From Candidatus Veblenbacteria bacterium (GTDB taxonomy: Bacteria > Patescibacteriota > Patescibacteriia > Veblenbacterales > UBA10138): 64,000 nucleotides of DNA. The translations under genes were made by a program, and so were the position numbers. Shown here in pieces: positions 18,629 through 28,028 of this stretch. Numbering within the stretch: position 1 is the stretch's first letter; each line of letters begins with the position of its first letter. The notes beneath the pieces are model-generated. The model was not told the origin of the DNA. It was given only the letters and a program-made list of their open reading frames with translations, and made no database searches. The stretch spans positions 31,895 through 95,894 of the forward strand of contig JBBIVB010000001.1 in the NCBI GenBank assembly GCA_037439965.1, in the 5' to 3' direction.

Positions 18629-20123
18629 AATGGTATTTCTTAGTAAAAAAATAATTTACCGTTTATGGGAAATGCTACCTGGGTTTTTAACTTGGGCAAC
18701 TCTCTTAGGGTGTGTGGTTATTTCTATAGTTCGCCCGATGTGGGCTATTTATTTTATTATTATTTTTGATTTGTATTGGCTATGGCGGGTGATATACTTA
18801 GCAATTTATATTTTAATCTCCTGGCATAAATACCGCAGGGATGTAAAAATTAACTGGTTTTTGGAAGCAAAAAAACTGCCGCGCTTTAATGAAATCTATC
18901 ATATAGTTTTCTTACCTACCTATAAAGAACCAATAGAAGTAATTAGATTATCTTTAAAATCATTAGCTCATAATAACTATCCTTTAACCAGAATGATAGT
19001 TGTCTTAGGTGGAGAAGCAAGAGATAAGGAAAAATTTCAAGTTACTGCCGAGACATTAAAGCAAGAATTTGCTGGAACTTTTTATAAATTTTTAGTAACC
19101 CTACACCCCGACGATATAGTGGGGGAGTTAGCTGGTAAGGGTTCTAATATCCATTGGATGGGATTACGTGCCAAAGAATTAATAGACCAATTACAAATTC
19201 CTTATTCTAATATTATTGTCTCCACTTTTGATGTAGATACCTGTGTATCTCATCACTACTTCTCCTATTTAACCTATAAATATCTAACTCATCCACATCC
19301 AGAACGTTCAAGTTTTCAACCGGTAGCTATTTATAATAATAATATTTGGGAATCATACTCTTTGAATAGAATTATTGCTTATTCCACCACCTTCTGGTTA
19401 TTTTCTGATATGGCCCGCTTAGACCGACTTTGTACTTTTTCCTCGCATTCTATGTCTTGGCGGACTTTAGTTGAGGTGGGTTTTTGGCAAAATGATGTGG
19501 TGTCGGAGGATTCGCGTATTTTCTGGCAATGCTTTACTCATTATCATGGCAACTACTCAGTAACGCCACTTTTTTTACCAGTGTCTATGGATACTGTTTA
19601 TACAGGCAAATTATGGAGCACGATGGTAAATCAATATAAACAACAGCGACGCTGGGCTTATGGTGCAGAAAATATACCCTATGTAGCAATACACTTTTGT
19701 TATGATAAACAAATACCGCTGGGTAAAAAATTAAAGCAGTTTTTTAATTTAGTGGAGGGTTATTATTCCTGGGCTACCGCGCCAATTATTATTTTCCTGC
19801 TCGGACGCTTACCTTTATATTTCTTAAGTGGAGAAGAAGAACAAAGTTTAATAGCCCATAATGCCCCAATTATTCTTAACTGGTTGATGATTTTAGCTAT
19901 GATTGGTTTGCTTTTAAGTGCTATTTTGTCAGTGATTTTACTACCACCCAAGCCTCAACATCACCCAAATTTAAAATATGTGGTAATGATTTTGCAGTGG
20001 CTATTATTCCCTATAGCTATGTTATTTTTTAGTGCCTTGCCGGCTATTGATGCCCAAACTAGATTACTTTTAGGAAAATATATGGGCTTTTGGGTAACGG
20101 CTAAACAGCGGAGTAAAACTTAA
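18576..20123 (+). CDS. Processive family-2 glycosyltransferase (cellulose/chitin/hyaluronan synthase-like), integral membrane
   Basis: N- and C-terminal TM bundles flank a cytoplasmic GT-A domain. QQRRW (QxxRW) processivity motif at NQYKQQRRWAYGAENI. An alternative in-frame start ATG at 18630 follows the stop of the upstream small ORF. Confidence 0.65.
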   Translation: MDGVKFMKAAGKIILANKMVFLSKKIIYRLWEMLPGFLTWATLLGCVVISIVRPMWAIYFIIIFDLYWLWRVIYLAIYILISWHKYRRDVKINWFLEAKKLPRFNEIYHIVFLPTYKEPIEVIRLSLKSLAHNNYPLTRMIVVLGGEARDKEKFQVTAETLKQEFAGTFYKFLVTLHPDDIVGELAGKGSNIHWMGLRAKELIDQLQIPYSNIIVSTFDVDTCVSHHYFSYLTYKYLTHPHPERSSFQPVAIYNNNIWESYSLNRIIAYSTTFWLFSDMARLDRLCTFSSHSMSWRTLVEVGFWQNDVVSEDSRIFWQCFTHYHGNYSVTPLFLPVSMDTVYTGKLWSTMVNQYKQQRRWAYGAENIPYVAIHFCYDKQIPLGKKLKQFFNLVEGYYSWATAPIIIFLLGRLPLYFLSGEEEQSLIAHNAPIILNWLMILAMIGLLLSAILSVILLPPKPQHHPNLKYVVMILQWLLFPIAMLFFSALPAIDAQTRLLLGKYMGFWVTAKQRSKT

Positions 20124-20471
20124 TTTAATCTTGACCTAAAAACCACCAAATTAGTTAAACAGATTTTTTTAAGATATTATCGCTTCTTCTTCATTAACTA
20201 GGCGCGGCTGAAAATAATCTTCAATAATTACAGGTATCAATCGTAGTTCGGCGATGCTGATTTCTTTGCTTTTAACCAAAGTTACTCTTTCAACATTAAA
20301 CCTTCGCGTGTCTCCTGGCTATACATGTGGTAGCTAACTGCTTTTTTAATACCACTGGCGTCAAGACTATATCAACCGACTGTTCAAGCCACAAAAACAG
20401 CAGCAAGAAAAACGGCATTACTGAATAAATTATGAGTAAAATAAAAATCAACCAAAGATAACGTAATATAA

Positions 20472-21404
20472 TTAACCAAGCTTACTACTAATAAAATTTT
20501 TGTGGCCTAAAATAAAATTCTGAGCTGATAACGCTTTACCGCCAGCTAATTGTAATTCTTTAATTTCCAATGCCATATCTTGAGCATCGACTAATAATTT
20601 ACCATTTTGATAACGAACCAATCCGGTTGAGACGGCTGGTTCCTGACTTAATGAAATTTTTGATAATTTAACACGCTTTTTTTGCCAAAAAGTATAAATA
20701 CCAGGCCATGAAACATACGCCCGCCATTGGTTATAAATTGTTTGTGCGTTTTGCTGCCAATTAATCTGCCCGTCTTCGCGTTTAATAATTTTACAAAAAG
20801 TAGCTTGGGTGTGGTCTTGGGGTAATAATTTAATTTCTTGGTTTAAATACTTAGGTAGATTTTCAACGAGCAATCTGGCAGCCGCTTTGGCTGATTTAAT
20901 TTCTAATTCATTTATTGTTTCGTCCAACGTTAGATTAATTTTAGTTTGGGCAATAATCGGACCATGATCAACTTCATTATCTAACTTGATTAAAGTTACA
21001 CCGCTTAGCTTCTCGCCAGCTAATAATACTGCTTGCAGAGGAGATGGGCCTCGCCATTTTGGTAAAAGCGAAGGATGAACATTAATAATGCCTTGGACAA
21101 ATAAAGAAATAATAGGAGAAGGAATAATTTTACCAAAAGACGCCAAAATCGCTAATTTACAGTTAGTTTGGGTTAATTTTTCTAAAATCGTTTGATTTTT
21201 AAAACTAGTAACTTCTAAATATGCCAAATTATGCTGCTGACAAAAAAGAATAAGTGAGCTTGGTTGGAGAATTTGTTTACGGCCAGAGGGTTTGGTTTGA
21301 GGGACAACGACTAACTTGGGCTGGAAACTTTGACAAACCAATTCTTCTAAAACTACTTGGGAGAAACTACTGGAACCAAAAAAAACATAATCAAAATTTG
21401 CCAT
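20472..21404 (-). CDS. fmt: Methionyl-tRNA formyltransferase
   Basis: 310 aa, N-terminal formyltransferase domain with HPSLLPKWRGPSPLQ and SGVTLIKLDNEVDHGPII motifs. Overlaps def in the usual def-fmt arrangement. Confidence 0.85.
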   Translation of the reverse strand: MANFDYVFFGSSSFSQVVLEELVCQSFQPKLVVVPQTKPSGRKQILQPSSLILFCQQHNLAYLEVTSFKNQTILEKLTQTNCKLAILASFGKIIPSPIISLFVQGIINVHPSLLPKWRGPSPLQAVLLAGEKLSGVTLIKLDNEVDHGPIIAQTKINLTLDETINELEIKSAKAAARLLVENLPKYLNQEIKLLPQDHTQATFCKIIKREDGQINWQQNAQTIYNQWRAYVSWPGIYTFWQKKRVKLSKISLSQEPAVSTGLVRYQNGKLLVDAQDMALEIKELQLAGGKALSAQNFILGHKNFISSKLG

Positions 21405-21912
21405 ATTGACTCAATAAGTCTTGACCGCTGGTTATCTTACTTACTTTATCGGTAAATAAAATACCATTTAAGTGGTCTACTTCATGCTGATAAACTCTAG
21501 CTAGTAAACCAGTTAATCGTTCTGTAATAGTTTTACCAAATTCATCTTGATAATGTGCCGTTACTGAATTAGGTCTTTTGACGATGCCAAATACTCCTGG
21601 TACTGATAAACACCCTTCTTCTATTTTTACCTTACGCCAAGATTTGTTTAATAATTGAGGATTAAAAAATACCCTCGGGCCTTGACTAGTATTAATAACT
21701 ATTAATTTAATACTAAAACCAACCTGCGGCGCGGCTAAACCAATGCCGTCGTGAATCATCATCGCCTTACACATCTCTGGCACTAATTTAACCATCTCTT
21801 GAGTTAAAGGAAAAGTTATCATCTCGGTTTTTTGGCGTAATATCTTATTAGGAACTGTTATAATTTTTAACATATCTAATTTAAGATAAAATAAACCTTG
21901 GCTCTCTGTCAA
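21391..21912 (-). CDS. def: Peptide deformylase
   Basis: GIGLAAPQVG, EGCLSVPG and HEVDHLNG metal-binding motifs. Confidence 0.85.
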   Translation of the reverse strand: MTESQGLFYLKLDMLKIITVPNKILRQKTEMITFPLTQEMVKLVPEMCKAMMIHDGIGLAAPQVGFSIKLIVINTSQGPRVFFNPQLLNKSWRKVKIEEGCLSVPGVFGIVKRPNSVTAHYQDEFGKTITERLTGLLARVYQHEVDHLNGILFTDKVSKITSGQDLLSQYGKF

Positions 21913-23737
21913 TAATTAACTGACGAGGTAGGAAAGGCCACAAACTTTCTATTTTAAATTTTTTAGGACACTTTAATAACAAATGATAAATATACTGTCC
22001 GTGTTCTATTATTCTGCTATCCGCATAAATAGGGGAGAGGACCAACTCACTGGATAAAACTTTAATTAACTGCTGGCGAAGTTTGATGATTGCCTGACGA
22101 GCTTTCAGCTGATTTTTATTTTTAACCGACAAACGCACTAATTGACTAAACGGCGGCCAATAATATAACTGCCGATAAGACAAAAGATAACGATAAAACT
22201 GATTATTGTTAGTTAAATATTTAAGCACGGGCGATTCAGGAAAATTAGTTTCTAATAACACACTAACACTATCAGACTCGCTTAATATTTTACGCAAAAT
22301 AGCCCCAGCGGTTTCTTCAGCTCTAAATTCTGGTGATAATAAATTTTGGTCAAAGGAAGTAATTACTAATAATGCAAAATCAGCTACTTTAGCATAATCC
22401 CAAATCAAAGAGGTACTAATTACTATCTGAGCAGATTTAATCTCTTTGACGGTAATTTTTGTTTTTGTATTATAATCCACTCGACAAATATGAACGTCGG
22501 GATACCGCTGTCGACAAGCATGCTCTATTTCTTGACTACCAACACCTAAAAACTTCCATTGCACATTTTGACACTTAGGGCAACGAGCTGGTAATTCACT
22601 AATAGTTTGACAATTGTGACAAGCTAGCTTTCTTTTATCATGATGCCAAGATAAGGGTTTTAAACATTTTTGACACCGGGGTATATATTTACAATCACGA
22701 CAAAAAACAGCAGTAGATGAACCTAAACGGTTATGCCAAATTAACACTTTTTGTTTACTCTCTAAACTAGCAGTAATTTGTTCCCATGAACTTAAAGCTA
22801 ATTGTTTGCTAACTGTAGGATTAGCCGAGATATCAACTATGGTAAGCCGCCCACTAAACAATAAACCTAGGTTTTGCAATTGCCATTCTTTATTCATTAA
22901 ATAATAATCTTCGGCTCTAGGCGCTGGCGTAACCTGTGCTAGGGAACAACCATAAATTTGTTTAAGCCAACGCGCTACTTCTATACTATTGTAACGAGGA
23001 TTTTGGTCATACTGTTTATAATTTTCATCATCACCATAATCTATAATTACACCACCTAAATTTAACCAGGGTAAAAACAATGCTGATCTGGTGCCGATAA
23101 TTATTTTAGCCTCGCCGGTAAATACTTTTTGCCAAGTTATTCTTTTAGCTGAAGTTTTTAATTCAGAATGCCAGCCAACTATTTGATTAGCTTGGAATAA
23201 TTTATTCTGCCAATCTAAAATTAATTTAATATTAGGCACTAATAATAAAACTTGCTGTTGCCGCCCTATTACTTTATTTATTGCTGCTTGGATAAATTTT
23301 TCTGCCTCTAGTCTTTGCCCATAAGTAATCAACAAAGGTTTTGACGTAGGTAGAGCTTTTTTTATTTTTTGTTGAGGCCTTATTATCACGTGCTCTTTGG
23401 TGGTTACTGGAAATGGTATAAATAATTGACTAGCAGTACTCATAGATACGGCGTAATAGTGAGCCAGTCTAGCTAATAATTTAAGTTGTCCAGAACTTAA
23501 AAACTTAGGCCATTTAATTGTTTGAATATCTTTTAGAGGATAGTTAGGCTTACTGGATTCAAAACCTAAAATTAAACCTAAGGTTTTTTGCTGGCGAAAA
23601 TTAACTTGCACTAAATCTCCAGCTGCTACTTGTCTTATTAGTTTAATTGGAACTTGATAAGAAAAAAAATCTTTATCACGGGGTAGACGGCCAAATAAAG
23701 CTACTCGAGCAACTTTTTTATAATGAGCAGTGTTCAT
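21881..23737 (-). CDS. priA: Primosomal protein N' (PriA) homolog with degenerate helicase ATPase motifs
   Basis: PriA-type Cys4-Cys4 zinc-binding region CRDCKYIPRCQKCLKPLSWHHDKRKLACHNCQ...CPKCQ, with overall PriA architecture. The Walker A position reads TYGQRLEAEKF (no GKT). The DEEH position reads DYGDD. Confidence 0.75.
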   Translation of the reverse strand: MNTAHYKKVARVALFGRLPRDKDFFSYQVPIKLIRQVAAGDLVQVNFRQQKTLGLILGFESSKPNYPLKDIQTIKWPKFLSSGQLKLLARLAHYYAVSMSTASQLFIPFPVTTKEHVIIRPQQKIKKALPTSKPLLITYGQRLEAEKFIQAAINKVIGRQQQVLLLVPNIKLILDWQNKLFQANQIVGWHSELKTSAKRITWQKVFTGEAKIIIGTRSALFLPWLNLGGVIIDYGDDENYKQYDQNPRYNSIEVARWLKQIYGCSLAQVTPAPRAEDYYLMNKEWQLQNLGLLFSGRLTIVDISANPTVSKQLALSSWEQITASLESKQKVLIWHNRLGSSTAVFCRDCKYIPRCQKCLKPLSWHHDKRKLACHNCQTISELPARCPKCQNVQWKFLGVGSQEIEHACRQRYPDVHICRVDYNTKTKITVKEIKSAQIVISTSLIWDYAKVADFALLVITSFDQNLLSPEFRAEETAGAILRKILSESDSVSVLLETNFPESPVLKYLTNNNQFYRYLLSYRQLYYWPPFSQLVRLSVKNKNQLKARQAIIKLRQQLIKVLSSELVLSPIYADSRIIEHGQYIYHLLLKCPKKFKIESLWPFLPRQLIIDREPRFILS

Positions 23738-23740
23738 AAT

Positions 23741-24505
23741 CTACCAGGTAACACTAGTGATTAATTGATGAATTAAACCGTCGTCTTCGTCAGCTAGAAT
23801 TAAAGTTTTAACTTGCGTGTCAAGTAAAATATACATCAAAGATAAGGGTAAAAGACAATTTTCTTGCACCGCTTGACGTAATTTATTATCTAACTCCAAT
23901 AAACGCGAATAATTCGCAGTTTTTAAAATTTTTCTTAAATTAGTAATATAAATTTTATAATCACCTTGTTCTTTTTGGGGAATGTGGGCGGGGATACCAG
24001 CAGCTAGAACTACTATCTTTTCAGGGCGCGAACTAAAAAAATCCTGCATAATTTTTCCTATATGCAATAAATCGTCCATCGGTAACAGGGGCGATAAATT
24101 TATCGGCGCTACTAAGCAATCAATTTGACTATAAAATAAAGGAATAGCAATATCGGTTGGTAATTCAGGGACGGTTCTTAAGGGTACGCTGATTTTCTTT
24201 TCTAAAAACTCTTTTAAAGAATGAATAAAGCCGGTTGCCCCTGAAAATTTTTTATGAGTTACTAAATCTCCTACGGTATGGAAATTTGCTAGATAATCAG
24301 ATTGTTGCCAAAACCACAACGGGATATTATCCCACGTATTGCTTTGGGTAATAATTACTACCACTTCAGGACGGTGTTTTCTTATAATCCTGGCTAATTT
24401 AGCCAAAGCATGGCTAGTAATAGTTAGCTTACTACGAAATTTAGATTTAATACCCGGCAGAAAATATGGTGTGTTGGTAATAAAACCAGCAGCTACGATT
24501 GGCAT
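23741..24505 (-). CDS. Hypothetical protein, possibly LigB/DODA-type (class III extradiol dioxygenase-like) fold with non-conserved catalytic histidines
   Basis: 254 aa. The N-terminal pattern MPIVAAGFITNTPYF...PEVVVIITQSNTWDN parallels the HGSP and SAHW strands of YgiD/LigB-type proteins, but His is replaced by Asn/Thr. This is a low-confidence recollection. Confidence 0.3.
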   Translation of the reverse strand: MPIVAAGFITNTPYFLPGIKSKFRSKLTITSHALAKLARIIRKHRPEVVVIITQSNTWDNIPLWFWQQSDYLANFHTVGDLVTHKKFSGATGFIHSLKEFLEKKISVPLRTVPELPTDIAIPLFYSQIDCLVAPINLSPLLPMDDLLHIGKIMQDFFSSRPEKIVVLAAGIPAHIPQKEQGDYKIYITNLRKILKTANYSRLLELDNKLRQAVQENCLLPLSLMYILLDTQVKTLILADEDDGLIHQLITSVTW

Positions 24506-24507
24506 AT

Positions 24508-25920
24508 TTAAAATGGTTCTCCTATAGCTTCTCCTAATTCATGTGCATTAATGGCTCCATCTGTAGTAACAATAATATTTTTACTCTCATAACCCAATTC
24601 TTGGAAAGCATCCTCGGTTAAAATTGGACGACGTTTACTATTAGAAATTACATAGACTGTGGGATTGGTCTGAGAACGAACTAGGTCACCATCTTTAAAC
24701 AATAGCGGATCACCAGTTGGAAATTTCTCTAACTCTTGAGTGGTCATCTTTTTAGTTACTTTGCGTGAACCAAAGTTAGCTTTAAGTATTTCTCGTGAAA
24801 AAATGGGGTGTTTAATATTATCCTGCACCCAATAAACACCACCTGATTTCTTATCTTGAATTAATTGACCTAAAGGATATATGGACTCTTCGGTAATTGG
24901 TTGACCTTCTTTATACGCCGCTAAATCTTCCCAAGAAACATTAATAATTTCTTCGGGATTAATACCTATTTGCTTTAAAGCTTTTTTAGAAGCAAAGCCG
25001 CGAATTATACCATTAGGCATTAGGATGTAAACTGTGCCACTCGGTGATTTTAAGAAAGAGTAAACCGTAAACTTAATAGGACTACCCTCAGGATATTTTT
25101 GTAATTCTCTCAAACTTACAGTTAATACACGATCAAAATTTGGATAGTAAGATAAATAAACAGCACGCGAACTAAACTTATGACGTTCACCATCTTTAAT
25201 TAACCAAACTTCACGTTTACCTTCTACATTTAATAAACTACCATCTGGATAGATACGAGAAAAATATTTATTCCAAAGATACCACAATAACTCATTACCT
25301 TCTAGATGTGGAGTATAAGTATAAAGAATAGCAGTAGCTTTATTAGCTGGAACAACAGTTTTGCCGTCTACCCGCTTGGCTATCCCTGGGCCAAAACCAA
25401 AAGGGGTTTTGCCGGTAGAGATTAATGCTGGTAAATATTTTTCTCTAATAATTTTAGCTGCCCAAATAACTTGATTAAAAAATCCTTTATATTTAAGCAA
25501 TAAAGGATCATCCATACTGCAAGTATCACATAAAGCGTACCCTGTCGCCCAATCAAATCTTTTATCAGTTGTATTATTACTTTCAATTAAACCTTGTTCT
25601 TTTTGTAGCAAAACTAAAAGATATTTAGGATTGATTTGATAAGTTTGAGAAGCGTAATAGATTATTTTTAAGGCTGACCAATTAGTAATGGGGTCGGTAT
25701 AAGAAAGTAGAGGGCTATTTTTATCTTGCAAAAATTTTTCTATTTGTTCCAAAGTCAAAGATTGATAATCTAAAATATCCTGATCCAATAAAATATAGGT
25801 CGGATCAAATTTAGATTGAGCTATGGCTGATATAGGCCAACTTAGTATGGAAAGTAACAACCAAAGGGCATTAATTTTTGTTACAATTTTTGTTTGTATC
25901 ATATTCAAATTATACAACAA
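24508..25920 (-). CDS. Secreted or membrane-anchored protein with four C-terminal ~47-aa tandem repeats; N-terminal region possibly lysozyme-like
   Basis: N-terminal hydrophobic helix. Repeats begin EVWLIKDGERHKF, GTVYILMPNGIIRGF, GGVYWVQDNIKHPIF and PTVYVISNSKRRPIL. The LLVLLQKEQGL segment is reminiscent of muramidase catalytic Glu context (weak). Confidence 0.4.
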   Translation of the reverse strand: MLYNLNMIQTKIVTKINALWLLLSILSWPISAIAQSKFDPTYILLDQDILDYQSLTLEQIEKFLQDKNSPLLSYTDPITNWSALKIIYYASQTYQINPKYLLVLLQKEQGLIESNNTTDKRFDWATGYALCDTCSMDDPLLLKYKGFFNQVIWAAKIIREKYLPALISTGKTPFGFGPGIAKRVDGKTVVPANKATAILYTYTPHLEGNELLWYLWNKYFSRIYPDGSLLNVEGKREVWLIKDGERHKFSSRAVYLSYYPNFDRVLTVSLRELQKYPEGSPIKFTVYSFLKSPSGTVYILMPNGIIRGFASKKALKQIGINPEEIINVSWEDLAAYKEGQPITEESIYPLGQLIQDKKSGGVYWVQDNIKHPIFSREILKANFGSRKVTKKMTTQELEKFPTGDPLLFKDGDLVRSQTNPTVYVISNSKRRPILTEDAFQELGYESKNIIVTTDGAINAHELGEAIGEPF

Positions 25921-25991
25921 ATAAATAATTTACACAATAAAACTCTGGATTAGAGAAAAGGTTAATAAAATGGTATAATAAATTAACTACT

Positions 25992-26513
25992 ATGAGATTA
26001 TTTTTTGGCTGCTTTTTACCTCCGCCAATAATAGCTGATTTAACCAAATTATATCAGGAACTAGGAACTATTAAGGCTAAATTGGTGGAGCCACATAATC
26101 TGCATCTTAATTTAGTATTTATAGGAGAAGTTAAAGAGAGCGATTTAGCAAAGGTGATAAAAATAGGGGAGTTAGCAGCCAGTCAAAACCATATTTTAAA
26201 AATTAAATTAGCAGGCTATGATTTAATACCAAATAAGCAAAAACCACGGGTACTGGCTATTAAAACTAAGGCAGACCAAGAGTTTAATTTACTGCAAAAA
26301 TGTCTTAGCCAAAACCTAGCCATTTTAGGCTATATTACTAATATCAAACCAGCCCATTTAACCCTAGCTAGATTAAAATCTGCTATTATAAATCCTTTAC
26401 CTGACTTTAATCCATTTTTTGCTAATATTAGCAAATTTTCTTTAATTAAAAGCCAACTTACATTCTCTGGCCCTATTTATACCCCATTACAATCATTTAA
26501 ATTGGCTTCCTGA
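25992..26513 (+). CDS. 2H phosphoesterase family protein (LigT/ThpR-like 2'-5' RNA ligase)
   Basis: 173 aa with two H-x-[T/N]-x motifs (HLNLVF and AHLTLARL) spaced as in LigT. Confidence 0.45.
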   Translation: MRLFFGCFLPPPIIADLTKLYQELGTIKAKLVEPHNLHLNLVFIGEVKESDLAKVIKIGELAASQNHILKIKLAGYDLIPNKQKPRVLAIKTKADQEFNLLQKCLSQNLAILGYITNIKPAHLTLARLKSAIINPLPDFNPFFANISKFSLIKSQLTFSGPIYTPLQSFKLAS

Positions 26514-26593
26514 GTATTGTTCTGGTTTGTGTTATATTTATTTTTTGTTTATTAGGTACCTAAATTAGACTTTTTAAAACTTGGAATCTACTT

Positions 26594-28024
26594 ATGAGCA
26601 TTAGAGTAAGATTTGCACCATCACCCACAGGCGAACTCCATATTGGTGGAGCGAGAACTGCTTTATATAATTATCTGGTAGCTAAAAAAGCGGGTGGACA
26701 ATTTATTTTACGTTTAGAAGATACCGACCAAGAAAGATACATTAAAGGTAGCGAACAAAGACTTCTAGACGATTTATTGTGGCTTGGATTATCTTGGGAT
26801 GAAGGACCTGATATTGGTGGATATCATGGACCATATATTCAATCACAACGCTTAAAAATATACCAAGAACATGCTCAAAAATTACTAGCCAGCGGCGAAG
26901 CTTATTATTGTTTTTGTTCTGAAGACAGATTGCAAACTTTACGGAAGGAACAAACGGCCTCGGGACAACCTACTAAATATGATCGCCATTGTCTTAGTTT
27001 AAATAAAGAACAAATTAAAAATAAAATTAAAGAGGCTGGTAAATATGTTATACGACTAAAGATTCCCGATGGTTTCACTCAATTTACTGATTCCATACAT
27101 GGTCAAATAAAAGTTGATAATCAAACTATTGATGATCAAATATTAATAAAATCTGATGGTTATCCAACTTATCATTTAGCCTGTGTAGTAGACGACCATT
27201 TAATGGAAATAACTAATGTGATTAGGGGGGAAGAGTGGCTACCTTCTACACCCAAACATGTTTTACTATATCAAGCTTTTGGTTGGACCCCGCCCACTTG
27301 GACACATTTACCCAATGTTTTAAATACACAACGTGTTAAATTATCTAAACGTAAAGATGGAGAGACTGTTTGGTTATCAACCTATAGGCGACAAGGTTAT
27401 TTACCAGCAGCTTTAATTAACTTTTTGGCGCTACTTGGTTGGCATCCTCATGATAATCGTGAATTATTTACCCTGGCAGAGTTAGTAAAAGAATTTGATT
27501 TAGCCAGAGTACAAAAAGCTGGAGCAATTTTTGATTTGGATAAATTGTATTGGTTTAACGCTCAATATATTAAAAAGATGGAAATAACAACTTTGGATAA
27601 ATTATTAAAAGATTTTTATCCCCAAACAAAATTTAATACCTTACCCTTAACTCAAATTTTACAAACACGTTTGACTACTTTAGCCGAAGTTAAAACTATT
27701 GCTGAATTTTTTTTTGTAGATCAAGTAAGTTTAACTAAAAATAAATTAATACCAAAAGATAGCTTCCTAGAAGATACAATTAAAGCTCTGGGATTGAGTA
27801 AAGAAAAGCTTAGTAAATTAACTCACTGGGAAATATCGGCTTTGCAAAACTGTTTAACTAATCTAATAGCAGAATATAATTTTACTCGTCGGCAAGTTTT
27901 GTGGCCCATTAGAGTAGCTTTAACTGGTCAAGAGAAATCACCTGATGTTTTTGATGTTTTGTGGGCCTTGGGTAAAGAAAGAAGTTTGGTTAGGATTGAG
28001 CGTGCTTTGAGTTTATTAACTTAA
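26594..28024 (+). CDS. gltX: Glutamyl-tRNA synthetase
   Basis: IRVRFAPSPTGELHIGGARTALYNYL (HIGH motif) and KLSKRK (KMSKS-type), 476 aa. Confidence 0.9.
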   Translation: MSIRVRFAPSPTGELHIGGARTALYNYLVAKKAGGQFILRLEDTDQERYIKGSEQRLLDDLLWLGLSWDEGPDIGGYHGPYIQSQRLKIYQEHAQKLLASGEAYYCFCSEDRLQTLRKEQTASGQPTKYDRHCLSLNKEQIKNKIKEAGKYVIRLKIPDGFTQFTDSIHGQIKVDNQTIDDQILIKSDGYPTYHLACVVDDHLMEITNVIRGEEWLPSTPKHVLLYQAFGWTPPTWTHLPNVLNTQRVKLSKRKDGETVWLSTYRRQGYLPAALINFLALLGWHPHDNRELFTLAELVKEFDLARVQKAGAIFDLDKLYWFNAQYIKKMEITTLDKLLKDFYPQTKFNTLPLTQILQTRLTTLAEVKTIAEFFFVDQVSLTKNKLIPKDSFLEDTIKALGLSKEKLSKLTHWEISALQNCLTNLIAEYNFTRRQVLWPIRVALTGQEKSPDVFDVLWALGKERSLVRIERALSLLT

Positions 28025-28028
28025 AATT

